64,000 bases of DNA from positions 1 through 64,000 of the forward strand of contig CAXXMR010000002.1 in the NCBI GenBank assembly GCA_963663805.2, in the 5' to 3' direction. Below, piece after piece: positions 1 to 9,965 of this stretch. The position numbers were made by a program, and so were the translations under genes. Origin of the DNA: Sedimentisphaerales bacterium. GTDB lineage: Bacteria > Planctomycetota > Phycisphaerae > Sedimentisphaerales > SM23-30. Position 1 is the stretch's first letter. Each line of letters opens with the position of its first letter. The notes beneath the pieces were generated by a model. The model searched no databases. It was not told the origin of the DNA and saw only the letters and a list, made by a program, of their open reading frames with translations.

Positions 1-259
1 TTTTAAGTCACAATCGCGACTATGAAGTCACCTTCGCGCCTACAAAAATAAAGACTTACAACAATCACCTCCACGCAAAACAAGCACTTACAGACCAATT
101 TCGCCGCGATTATACAGCTATCCAGGCCGCGCAATTTCGCCCCAAAACCTGATTGGAACGCCCTCGAATGTGACAATTGATTGACAACCCCCCCGCCCCC
201 AAGTAAGCTAACGTCGTTTCATTTATAGTGTGATTTTTTAACAGCAGGAACAAAAGCTA

Positions 260-1260
260 ATGACCCCAGAAAAGAGTACTCTCCGGAATCCAGCCTTCCG
301 GTAAGTTACATATTGGCAACTACTTCGGTGCCATGAAACAGTACCTTAAACTACAGGCCCAGGGCCACCAGTGCTACTATTTCATCGCCAACTACCATTC
401 CATGACCTCCGTCACCGAACCCCAGGCACTACGCCAATACACCGCCGAAGTCGCCGTGGCTACCTCGCCGTCGGTATCGACCCCGACCGCCTCAGTCTTC
501 TTTCGCCAATCAGACGTCCCCGAAGTCTGCGAACTCGCCTGGATGCTCTCCTGCGTAACCCCAATGGGCCTGCTCCAACGCTGCGTCAGCTATAAAGACA
601 AGGTAGACCAGGGGTTAGCGCCCAACCACGGACTGTTTTGTTATCCGGTTCTTCAGGCTGCCGACATCCTTATATATAACAGCAACCTGGTACGGTCGGC
701 CAGGACCAGAACAGCACCTCGAAGTTACCCGCGACATCGCCGTCAGGTTCAACAACACCTACGGCGACATACTAACCGTACCCGACCCCTATATCGTTGC
801 CGAAACCGCCGTCGTACCAGGCCTGGACGGCCGTTAAAATGAGCAAAAGCTACGACAATACCCTCGAACTCTTCGAGCCGGCCAATAAGACCAAAAAGAA
901 AATAATGCGTATCCAGACCGATTCTACCCCGGTAGAAGAGCCCAAAGACCCGGAAAACTGTCTGGTTTTCACCTTATGAAGCTTTTCGCCGAGCCAGACG
1001 AACTGGAACAATGGCGAAAACGCTACCTTCAGGGCGGAATGGGCTACGGCGAGGTCAAAAAACGCCTGGCCGAACTAGCCAACCAGATGCTCCAGCCCTA
1101 CCGAGAACGTTACGAACAGCTCGAAAATGACAACGATTATGTCGAGGACGTCCTCAGTCAGGGCGGGAAGAAAGCCCCGAGCCATCGCCATCGAACTCAT
1201 GGACAAAATCCGCACCGCAACCGGAATCGTCACCAGCGCTAAATTAAACCTAAATCTAAA
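260..1260 (+). CDS. trpS: Tryptophanyl-tRNA synthetase, split by several frameshifts (probably sequencing errors); end approximate
   Basis: [21 protein letters not shown] (HIGH-like motif), [10 protein letters not shown] and KMSKS motifs are spread over frames 333-842, 797-979, 976-1242 and 1127-1510. Confidence 0.9.
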
Positions 1261-1275
1261 ATTAGAACAACTTAA

Positions 1276-2235
1276 ATGGCCGAATACCGCGTCAGTCTCG
1301 ACATCTATAACGGTCCCTCGACCTTGCTGCTCTACCTCATTCGGCGTGAGGGGAAGTCGATATTCACGACATCCCCATCGCCCGTATCACCGAGCAGTAC
1401 ATAAAATACGTCGATATCATCAAAGATCTCGACATCAACCTCGCCGGCGAATTCCTCGTCATGGCCGCCACACTCATGGAGATCAAATCCGCCACCCTCC
1501 TGCCGCGTGAAATGACCGAAGATGGCGAAGAAGTAGAAGACCTCTCCGACCCCAGGCTTGAACTCGTCCGACAGCTCCTGAATATAAACGGTTTAAGGAC
1601 ATTGCCGACGAGCTGGGCGAATCGGCTCAGCAGCAGACCTTCAAATTCCCCCGCTCCACGCCGACCTCGACCGGTCAGGGAACACGAAAAACAACAACGC
1701 GAAATTGACATGGACGCCCTGGAAATCTGGACCTCTTCGATGCCTTCAACCGCCTGATGGCCGCCACCTTAATAACCCAACGTCACCACGAAGTCGTACA
1801 TGACGATACACCTATAGATGTTTTTGAGGTGCAAATCTCGGCATGGCCCAGCAGGAAAAAACGCTTACCTTCGAAAAAATCTTCAGAGGACGTAAACATC
1901 GCAGCGAGATGGTTCGCGTTATTCTTGCCCTGCTGGAACTTATGAGGCAGAAGCTGGTCCGCATCGAGCAGGAAGATTCCTTCACGCCGATATATATCTT
2001 TCCGCTGACAGAAGAACCGGCTGAGCTGGCTGTTACCCACGCTATTTCTGCTGAAGCAGAGCATCTGCCAGTGAAATTATCAAAGACCACACCGTCGCCA
2101 GACCGAAGCCAAGGCCCCTGCGCCAGCACCAAGGAACCTGAACCAACCTTCAACTTTGACGAAGCTGAAGATGAAGATGAAAAAGACGACGATTACGAAG
2201 GAGATTTCGGTGACGATTTCCCAGAAAATCCGTGA
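1276..2235 (+). CDS. scpA: Segregation and condensation protein A (kleisin), frameshifted
   Basis: MAEYRVSLDIYNGP..LLYLIRR..VDIHDIPIARITEQY..AGEFLVMAATLMEIKSATLLP and C-terminal LALLELMRQKLVRIEQ, in different frames. Confidence 0.85.
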
Positions 2236-2671
2236 AATGGGCCTCAAATTGCCCCAACCACCTGTGCCGGCAGGGGCTTATATCCCCGTCGTCCAGACCG
2301 GTAATCTGCTCTTTGTCTCCGGCCAATTACCATTTGTAGACGGCAAAATCAACCATCCGGCAAGGTTCCCGCAGATGTATCTCTGGAAAATGCTCAGCAA
2401 AGTGCCCGCACCGCGGTTATTAACGCTCTGGCGGCGGTATTAACGACCATCTGGGCGGCTGGAGAGGGTTAGCCGAATTGTCAGGCTGGAAGTTTTTGTC
2501 AATTCCGCAGCGGGTTTTACCCAGCAGGCCCAGGTCGCCAATGGCGCCTCGAATCTGCTGCATGAACTGTTCGGCCCGGCTGGTCAACACACCCGCTTCG
2601 CCGTAGGAACCGCAGAACTCCCCCTGAACGCCCCGGTTGAGCTGGCTTTGATAGTGGAAGTAACCGCCTGA
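2210..2671 (+). CDS. RidA/YjgF-family protein, frameshifted
   Basis: AAGGAG RBS before GTG 2210; [31 protein letters not shown], later [39 protein letters not shown]. Confidence 0.8.
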
Positions 2672-2797
2672 AAATCCGTATTTTCTGTACTATAGTTTGA
2701 CACACCTGCCCTTTATGCGTAGAATCTGGTCAAACAAGCGATTTCGATTTAATTCTTAACCGGTCCAACCGGATTTGCTGGTGAAAGGAGCTTTGAC

Positions 2798-3122
2798 ATG
2801 TCTGAAACGTAGTTGAGATAACCGATGCTAACTTTGATTCGCTGGTCAATCAGGCGGACAACCCGTATTGCTGGATTTCTGGGCGGAATGGTGCGGTCCC
2901 TGCCGGATGTTGGGCCCGACTATCGAGGAAGTCGCCAACGCCTACGCGGGCAAGGCCCTTGTCGGCAAAGTCAATACCGACAATAACCGCGATACCGCCG
3001 TCAAGTTTGGTATCAGCGCTATCCCGACCGTCATCATTTTCAAGGGTGGCGAAGTAGTAAAAAAATTCGTCGGCCTGACCAGCAAACAAGATTTGCAAGC
3101 CGCTTTGGACGAACATCTTTAA
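2798..3122 (+). CDS. trxA: Thioredoxin, 5' part frameshifted
   Basis: LDFWAEWCGPCRML active site and FGISAIPT; AAGGAG RBS before ATG 2798. Confidence 0.9.
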
Positions 3123-3194
3123 CCATCGTCAACAATACTGCTTAAGTACGCGGCTCGGATAAAAAAATAAAAGGGATAAGCATTTTTTTGGTGT

Positions 3195-3779
3195 TTATCC
3201 TTTTTTATGCGCCTGTTTGAACCAGGCCCCTACCGAACGTTTATTCAGATATATCACCACAAAAATACTATAGGCCAACGCAGTTATATTGCCAATCTGG
3301 ACATTGGCCATTCCGCCGCTGTACAAAAGCTCCGCACCCTGACCAAGGATACCAATAGCGGAGGTTATCATGATGATAATCCGTGCTGCCCGACCACCGC
3401 GTAACAGACTGATGGCTGTCACCAGCATAAACACATTCAGAAGTGTTATCACCGCGATAACCGGCAGCAAAATCGTATCAACGGCAAAGGGCAGGTTTGA
3501 CAGGGCTTTATCTAACTCTTCCATTTGTCCGGCCATTTGGGTTGAGAAAAAAATTGCCAGACCAACGCAGGTGCAACCCAACACCGCTAAGGACGAACCC
3601 AGAATCGTCAGAAATCCGATAAGAGTAACACCCCAGGGACGTTTGCGGTTAATGTGTATTGAAGACTCATCGAATACAAAATAACCCGCGCAATGGGGAC
3701 ACTGGAACATCATCTCACGGTTAGAATGAGTGGGGGCAAACTCTTTATGGCAATGCGGGCAATTTGTAATTTCGGTCAT
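3195..3779 (-). CDS. Hypothetical membrane protein with N-terminal Zn-ribbon
   Basis: CPHC...CPHC followed by about 4 hydrophobic segments (RPWGVTLIG...). Confidence 0.7.
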   Translation of the reverse strand: MTEITNCPHCHKEFAPTHSNREMMFQCPHCAGYFVFDESSIHINRKRPWGVTLIGFLTILGSSLAVLGCTCVGLAIFFSTQMAGQMEELDKALSNLPFAVDTILLPVIAVITLLNVFMLVTAISLLRGGRAARIIIMITSAIGILGQGAELLYSGGMANVQIGNITALAYSIFVVIYLNKRSVGAWFKQAHKKG

Positions 3780-3781
3780 TA

Positions 3782-4591
3782 TTAATCTTTCTGTTCCGCG
3801 TTAAAGAGCTGGTTGAATTTGGCGGCTATGTCGGGGCTGCGCATCAGGGTTTCGCCAATTAGGACCGTGTTGTAGCCTGCGGTGATAATACGTTCAACGT
3901 CTTTTCTTTCTTTGATGCCGCTTTCACTTACGGCTATTCGGTCTTTGAGTAGTGGGGCGAGTGATTCTGAAGTTGCCAGGTCAACAGTCATTGTTTTGAG
4001 GTTGCGATTGTTTACGCCCAGCAGGCAATGACGGTTGTCGGGACTTACCAGGTCGAGTACCCTCATGAGAGAATCCTGTTCGTGAACCTCAAGCAGGACA
4101 TCCAGACCCAGCTCGACGGCGAGGTCCAATAACTCGCCGAGTTGGCGGCCGGGCAGAGCTTCGGCAATAAGCAGTACCGCATCGGCTCCGGCGGCGCGTG
4201 CTTCGTAAAGTTGATAGGCATCGACGATAAAATCTTTTCTCAGTACTGGTATCGACGCGTTTGCTTTGACGATGGGCAAAAATTTAAGGCTGCCCTGAAA
4301 AAAAAATTCATCGGTCAAAATACTGATGGCCTGAGCGCCCATGGTCTGATAATCAGCGGCGAGTTTTGCGGGGTCAAAATCTGCTCGTATCAAACCGGCC
4401 GAGGGTGAGGCTTTTTTAATCTCGGCGATAACATTGATACCGCGGGTGTTGCCTTGGGCGAGTGTCCGATAAAAACCGCGACACTCAATCATATCACGGC
4501 ATTTACTTTTCAGCTCAGCTATATTGAGGACAGACTTTGCGGCGGCGACTTCCTGTTTTTTAACTTCGAGTATTTTTAATAAGGTTTCCAT
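3782..4591 (-). CDS. trpC: Indole-3-glycerol-phosphate synthase
   Basis: IAEIKKASPSAG, LRKDFI, GVNNRNL, VSESGI and LIGETLMR motifs. Confidence 0.95.
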   Translation of the reverse strand: METLLKILEVKKQEVAAAKSVLNIAELKSKCRDMIECRGFYRTLAQGNTRGINVIAEIKKASPSAGLIRADFDPAKLAADYQTMGAQAISILTDEFFFQGSLKFLPIVKANASIPVLRKDFIVDAYQLYEARAAGADAVLLIAEALPGRQLGELLDLAVELGLDVLLEVHEQDSLMRVLDLVSPDNRHCLLGVNNRNLKTMTVDLATSESLAPLLKDRIAVSESGIKERKDVERIITAGYNTVLIGETLMRSPDIAAKFNQLFNAEQKD

Positions 4592-5187
4592 GAGCATAAG
4601 TTTGAAGGATTTGGAGTATTTTGTCAATGATACAGCCGGGCGAATTATCGGACGTGAGGTTTGGTATGCAACTGATACTTATCGGCGAGGAGGCATTCGG
4701 GCATGAAAAAAATGGCAAATTTCCGCGCCATTTTCAAAATATACGCTATAATTACTATAGAGGAAGCAGACGGCAGAAATGGCATAGTCGTTATAACCGT
4801 TACAAAGCGAATTGGGCTTTGGAAACTGGTGGTAACATACCCGCAACAGGCCCGAAAGCGTTGTGGCAGGACAACACCGCTGTTAAGCCGTGCCGAGCCA
4901 ACAAGTTAAAAGTGCGAGTCCGTTTTGGGCCATCCAGACATGTGGATTCTGGTAAACAATCCACCCATTCCCTACAGGAGTCCGGAACGTAGTGGGCCGC
5001 TTTGGTTATTGCTAACTGCCGCTCAGGGCCGCAATTAGGCTTCTAAAATCGCGGTTTGAAAAGTTAGCGGCATCTGGCATAGCATTTGCGACTTACAGGA
5101 TTCTTAGCGTAATGATAGTAATGCGGCTTATCACAACCGAGTCGTAAAGTAGTACCGTGCTTACGAGCCAATGCCGAGGAGCAAACA

Positions 5188-5454
5188 ATGGACGAAGCAA
5201 CCTTCCATAAGAAACTGGGTGAATTAGTCAACGAAATCGGTTCTCTGCCCCCTTCACAGCGTAAAAAACTGGAGTTGCTGGCTGAGCAGACCAAACAAAG
5301 ACACGCGGATTTGAAAAAGAGTGTTTCCAGTTTGCAGGACTCTCTGGACTACCTGCGACTGAGCATTAAATATCTTCTGTTTGATCTTGAGGCCACGCGT
5401 CGTGAAAACGCCTACCTCCGGAAGATGCTGGAAGAAACTGATAATAACAAATAA
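5188..5454 (+). CDS. Small coiled-coil protein of a type I recall as conserved in Planctomycetota; function unknown
   Basis: GAGGAG RBS; LQDSLDYLRLSIKYLLFDLEATRRENAYLRKML. Confidence 0.75.
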   Translation: MDEATFHKKLGELVNEIGSLPPSQRKKLELLAEQTKQRHADLKKSVSSLQDSLDYLRLSIKYLLFDLEATRRENAYLRKMLEETDNNK

Positions 5455-5514
5455 CCTCGCCAGGAGTTTATTACCTGGCAGGTAGGAAATTACTGACCAG
5501 GTAGGAAGAAAGAT

Positions 5515-5551
5515 GAGAGCAGCGTTTGTAATGAGCGCTGCTTTTCTTTTT
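5515..5551 (+). terminator. Intrinsic terminator between convergent genes
   Basis: GAGAGCAGCGTTT...GAGCGCTGCTTTT stem followed by a T-tract. Confidence 0.6.
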
Positions 5552-5557
5552 GCGCGG

Positions 5558-5860
5558 TTATCTTTCGCGGATATTTTTTCCGACGGCGAACTGGACATAT
5601 TTTTCGACTTCGGCGGCAAGCTCAGATATATTTTCGAGTTCAAAATCGTCGTAATGGCCGGGCTCAAATTCACCCTGCTCATTCTTGTTAAACAACCTGA
5701 CCCGCACAACCACTATACTCTGGCTGCCGCCGATACCACCGTGGATATGCTCGGTAAGTTCGACGCGGGAAGTCTCGCTTATGAACAACAGCGACTTGCC
5801 CGTGAATATGGCAGTGGGGAAATAATCTCGCAAAAGTTGTAGTCGTGCCGTTTTGTTCAT
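5558..5860 (-). CDS. Hypothetical protein
   Basis: 100-aa ORF whose start overlaps the pyrD stop codon. Confidence 0.6.
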   Translation of the reverse strand: MNKTARLQLLRDYFPTAIFTGKSLLFISETSRVELTEHIHGGIGGSQSIVVVRVRLFNKNEQGEFEPGHYDDFELENISELAAEVEKYVQFAVGKNIRER

Positions 5861-6798
5861 CAGACCTCCAGAGTTCCGATAAGTTCGTGTACGGAGTTGA
5901 TGTTATTACGCACAAGATAATCTTCGATGCCGTCGATGGTGTCGGTCAGGCAGCGGGGCTGAATCATGGCGGCAGTACCGATTGAAATCGCGGTTGCGCC
6001 AGCAATGATAAATTCCAGGGCGTCGCGAGCGTCCTGAATACCGCCCAGTCCAATAATGGGGACATTAGCGGAACGGGCAACCTCGCGATAGACCCGGCTG
6101 ACCATTTGCATCGCGACGGGTTTGATAGCTGGACCGCTCAGTCCGCCGGTGCCGTTAGCGAGAACACATTTTCTTTTTTCCAGGTTGACGGCCATCCCGG
6201 TGAGTGTGTTTATGAGGCTGAGGACATCGGCTCCGGCTTCGATGGCGGCGCGGGCGGTGACGGTTATGTCGGTTACGTTGGGGGTTAGCTTAACAATCAG
6301 CAGAGTATCGGGGCAGTGTTTGCGGACCGCGCCAACGAGCTCGGCGAGGGTTTGGGGGTCGGTGCCGAAAGTGATTCCGCCGACTTTAACGTTGGGGCAG
6401 CTTACGTTGAGCTCCAGACCCGCTACCGCTTTGGAAGCGGCACAACGCTCAGAAACAGCGATATAGTCATCAATTGTTCGACCAGCGACATTGACAAAAA
6501 CGGGCATGGGCATACGTTCGAGCAGGTCGAGTTTTTCCTCGCAAAACTTATCCAGGCCCACGTTGGCCAAGCCGATGGCGTTGAGCATTCCGCCGGTAGT
6601 TTCAATCGTGCGTTGGGGGTGATTACCCAGTCGCGGTTCGGGGGTAATGCTTTTGGTAATAAAAGCACCTAAACGGTGGAGGTCGACGAAGTCGCGAAAT
6701 TCATAGGCGTAACCGCAAGTGCCGGAAGCGGTCATAACGGGGTTGGCCAGTTTAACCGTCCCCAGTTCCACGTTCAAATCGGGCTTGTTCACAGCCAT
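5860..6798 (-). CDS. pyrD: Dihydroorotate dehydrogenase B, catalytic subunit
   Basis: NPVMTASGT, MLNAIGLAN, ELNVSCPNV, KLTPNV and GGLSGPAIKP motifs. Confidence 0.95.
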   Translation of the reverse strand: MAVNKPDLNVELGTVKLANPVMTASGTCGYAYEFRDFVDLHRLGAFITKSITPEPRLGNHPQRTIETTGGMLNAIGLANVGLDKFCEEKLDLLERMPMPVFVNVAGRTIDDYIAVSERCAASKAVAGLELNVSCPNVKVGGITFGTDPQTLAELVGAVRKHCPDTLLIVKLTPNVTDITVTARAAIEAGADVLSLINTLTGMAVNLEKRKCVLANGTGGLSGPAIKPVAMQMVSRVYREVARSANVPIIGLGGIQDARDALEFIIAGATAISIGTAAMIQPRCLTDTIDGIEDYLVRNNINSVHELIGTLEV

Positions 6799-6830
6799 TA
6801 TAATTCCTGTATGCTTAACTGACCTCGCGG

Positions 6831-7748
6831 TCATTCCCATAAAATTTTTTCCGCATCGAAGACCGGGCCATGGGCACAGACCAGACGATACTTCTGAGTT
6901 TCGGAGGTCTGGGCCATCTCCACCGCACATGACTGGCAGACCCCGATACCGCAGGCCATATAAGATTCGAGACAGACCTGACATTTCATGTTCAAACCTA
7001 ATACCAGCTGTGCTGTTGCCTTGAGCATACCGTGGGGGCCGCAGGTGTAAACTGTGGCCCGGCCCCATTCGGGGTAGCGCTGGACATATTCGCGTAAAGC
7101 ATCGACCGCTGAACCGGCATAACCAAAACTGCCGTTGTCGGTTGCTATTACGCAGGGGGTATTACTGCGGGCGAACTCCTGCATACCGCCATGCGGCTTG
7201 AGCGGGTCGTTGCTGTCTATTACTTCTTCGTAAACGGTGCCGACCAGGTCGTGCACGCCGCGGGCCCCGGCGAAACCTACTACCTTTTCGTAGCCCTGTT
7301 CATGAAGTCGGTCAGCCAGAAAGAACATCGGGGGTAAGCCTATTCCTCCGCCGACCAGCATTATCGGTGTACTTTTATCCGTTGGGAAGGTGAAACCCCT
7401 ACCGAGCGGGCCGAGCAGGTTGATGGTCTGGCTGGTCTGGCGATGTGCCAGCCATTCCGTACCCGGACCGAGTATGCGGAACATGACTTCCAGTTCAATC
7501 CGGTCGGGTGTGATTTTCAGGCCGCCGATGCTGAAAGGTCTCCGCAGCAGGGGGGTGGCTGACCGCGGACTGGTGAGGTCCCGGCAGGCAAGCTGGACAA
7601 ACTGTCCCGGCTGGCAATCGGCAAATGCCCCGGCCCCTGAACCAGCCAAAGCCAACCTCATTGCCCTCAGTTCCGGCCCTATCTGACGCAGCTGTACTAT
7701 CTCCGCGACAAATTCCCCACGCTTAACATGATTTTTCGTAGTTTCCAT
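6831..7748 (-). CDS. pyrK: Dihydroorotate dehydrogenase B, electron transfer subunit
   Basis: LRRPFS, GPLGRGF, VGGGIG, CGPHGM and MACGIGVCQSC...C [2Fe-2S] motifs; adjacent to pyrD. Confidence 0.93.
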   Translation of the reverse strand: METTKNHVKRGEFVAEIVQLRQIGPELRAMRLALAGSGAGAFADCQPGQFVQLACRDLTSPRSATPLLRRPFSIGGLKITPDRIELEVMFRILGPGTEWLAHRQTSQTINLLGPLGRGFTFPTDKSTPIMLVGGGIGLPPMFFLADRLHEQGYEKVVGFAGARGVHDLVGTVYEEVIDSNDPLKPHGGMQEFARSNTPCVIATDNGSFGYAGSAVDALREYVQRYPEWGRATVYTCGPHGMLKATAQLVLGLNMKCQVCLESYMACGIGVCQSCAVEMAQTSETQKYRLVCAHGPVFDAEKILWE

Positions 7749-7821
7749 AGCGGAGGTTATAGCCGGAAAACCGGTTACCGTCAGCAAAAAAACGGGTCGG
7801 TTTGCCTATTTTAACACTTAG

Positions 7822-9806
7822 CCCCAATTTCTCACTTAGCGGTCAAAACCGTCAAAAATAAAAATATTTTCTGTGATTTTGAGTTGTAAGCGGCGATTTT
7901 AGTTCGATATTGGCTCTGGTACAGACCTGCCCTATTGCCAGGTGTTTTTCAGCCGCGATAATATGTGCATGTACCTGAAGAAGCACAAGCGAAAGAAGAA
8001 CGGCAAGTACAACACCTACTACAGCATAGCTGAGAAGCGTAAAGTCTCGCGCGGTCGTTATGTGGAGAAGATGGTTCTGTATCTCGGGGAGATTTCCGAT
8101 TCGCAAAAGAAGTCCTGGGAAAAGTCTATTGAGATAATCAACGAGGATAACCAGCCTGTCCGCAAATCATTGTTTGCTTATGACCAGGATAATCATGCCC
8201 ACCATGATGTCGATACCATTGCCGTGAAATTATCAAAGATGCGGCTGGAAAACCCCCGAACATTTGGTGACTGTTGGCTGGGCTGTGAGATATGGGATAC
8301 TCTTGGGCTGGATAAATTCTGGTCCGCTCGTATAGACACCGAAAGATCTTCGGTGGAGTATTCCAAAGTCGTTAAATTATTGACGGTAAATCGTCTTATC
8401 AAACCCGGCGCGGAGTTTTATGTTCATCAGCACTGGTTTACTCAAACCGCAATGGATGTATTGCTGGACTGTGATTTTGAGGTTGCCGAAAAGAACCGGC
8501 TTTACCGCTGCCTGGACAGGATATTGCCCTACAAAGAGGAGCTTTGCTCTTATCTGAAAGATACCTGGCAGATGATGTTCAATCTGGAATACGATATTTT
8601 GCTTTACGATATCACCAGTACGTATTTTGAGGGATTATGCAAACAGAATCCTAAAGCCAAATTTGGTCATAGCAAAGATCGCAGAAGTGATTGTCGGCAG
8701 ATTCTGATAGCTTTGGTAGTTACGCCCGATGGCTTTCCGATTAATTATGAAATCTGGGCGGGTAATACCTCGGAGAAAACCACGCTAAAGCCGTTATTGA
8801 ACAAGATAGAGTCAAAATACGGCCAAGTCGGCAGGGTTTGGCTGATGGACCGGGGTATCCCCACAGAAGCGGTACTTGAGCACATGCGTGATAATGACAT
8901 TGGTTACCTTGTTGGTACTCCTCGTAAATTACTGGATGAATTCTCAAAAGAACTCTCGGTGAAAAACTGGCATGATGTAAATGACAGTGTTCGCATAAAG
9001 CATATCGAAAAAGATGGTGAATGTTATGTTCTAGCCCGCAGCAAAGAGCGGATGGCTAAAGAACGGGCTATGCGTAAGCGCAAGCTGCGTGACTATCTGG
9101 AAGGTCTGGAGAAGCTGAAGAAATATCGTGATTACGCCCGTTTTATGCAAAGGCTGGGCAAACTCAAACATCATGCTGGCAGTTCGTATAAATGCGTTAC
9201 TCTTACAATTCCAAAACCAAAGGAAAGAATTGAGGAAGGTGAGTTTGATTATAAATTCGATAGGAACAAATACCGAGAAATGATTTATCGTGACGGCACA
9301 TACTTTTTGCGTACCAATCAAACCGGAAAGAATGGCATAGAGCTTTGGCAGGAGTATATGCTGCAATGTAATGTAGAACAAGCGTTCCGGGAGCTCAAAA
9401 GCGATCTGGGTGTTCGGCCGGTCTATCACCATAAAGAAGACCGGGTCGATGCTCACGTGTTTGTAGCGTTTATGAGCTATTGTCTGCAAGTGACCTTGAG
9501 ACACAGACTGCGGGCCAGTGCCTGCGGGATAACCAGCCAGGCCGTTTTGGAAACAATGTCACGAATCCAGATGCTCGATGTGTCCTTTGAAACCCAGGAC
9601 GGCAGGACTCTGCTGATGCAGAGATATACCGAGCCCGATGGCGATCAGAAATTGCTGCTATACCATTTGAAGATGGAAATGCCGCCGCAAAAGCCACCGA
9701 AAATATACAGCGGTCAGCTCAAAAAATAACACCACTGTTGGCGACAGACCAACAGCCCTGAAGGAGCCAAAAATCCACTTTTTACCCCTTAAGTGAGAAA
9801 TTGGGG
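7822..9806 (+). mobile_element. IS1634-family insertion sequence, complete
   Basis: Terminal inverted repeats CCCCAATTTCTCACTTA (7822-7838) and TAAGTGAGAAATTGGGG (9790-9806); TTAG duplicated on both sides. Confidence 0.9.
7969..9729 (+). CDS. IS1634-family DDE transposase
   Basis: LLYDITSTYFEG, FGHSKDRRSDCRQI, LMDRGI, VEQAFRELKSDLGVRPVYH. Confidence 0.93.
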   Translation: MYLKKHKRKKNGKYNTYYSIAEKRKVSRGRYVEKMVLYLGEISDSQKKSWEKSIEIINEDNQPVRKSLFAYDQDNHAHHDVDTIAVKLSKMRLENPRTFGDCWLGCEIWDTLGLDKFWSARIDTERSSVEYSKVVKLLTVNRLIKPGAEFYVHQHWFTQTAMDVLLDCDFEVAEKNRLYRCLDRILPYKEELCSYLKDTWQMMFNLEYDILLYDITSTYFEGLCKQNPKAKFGHSKDRRSDCRQILIALVVTPDGFPINYEIWAGNTSEKTTLKPLLNKIESKYGQVGRVWLMDRGIPTEAVLEHMRDNDIGYLVGTPRKLLDEFSKELSVKNWHDVNDSVRIKHIEKDGECYVLARSKERMAKERAMRKRKLRDYLEGLEKLKKYRDYARFMQRLGKLKHHAGSSYKCVTLTIPKPKERIEEGEFDYKFDRNKYREMIYRDGTYFLRTNQTGKNGIELWQEYMLQCNVEQAFRELKSDLGVRPVYHHKEDRVDAHVFVAFMSYCLQVTLRHRLRASACGITSQAVLETMSRIQMLDVSFETQDGRTLLMQRYTEPDGDQKLLLYHLKMEMPPQKPPKIYSGQLKK

Positions 9807-9965
9807 TTAGTGTCCCTGAGCCAAATCGAAGATGCTTTTTTAACCCCAATTAAACAAGCCAACTATAGCACAACTTTTTTTGCCTGTTATTGAACACATA
9901 TAATTTTTATGATAGGTTTTGGGTTGTTGCTCGATTATTTGCTTTTGAAGCTGGAGGTGTCCGAA

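Noticed and set aside
4840..4900. SRP RNA or riboswitch around CAGGCCCGAAAG
   Set aside because: The SRP GGAAGCAGC continuation and closing helix are missing.
9843..9850. A second IS end (CCCCAATT) just right of the IS1634
   Set aside because: Only 8 bp match, which is compatible with chance.
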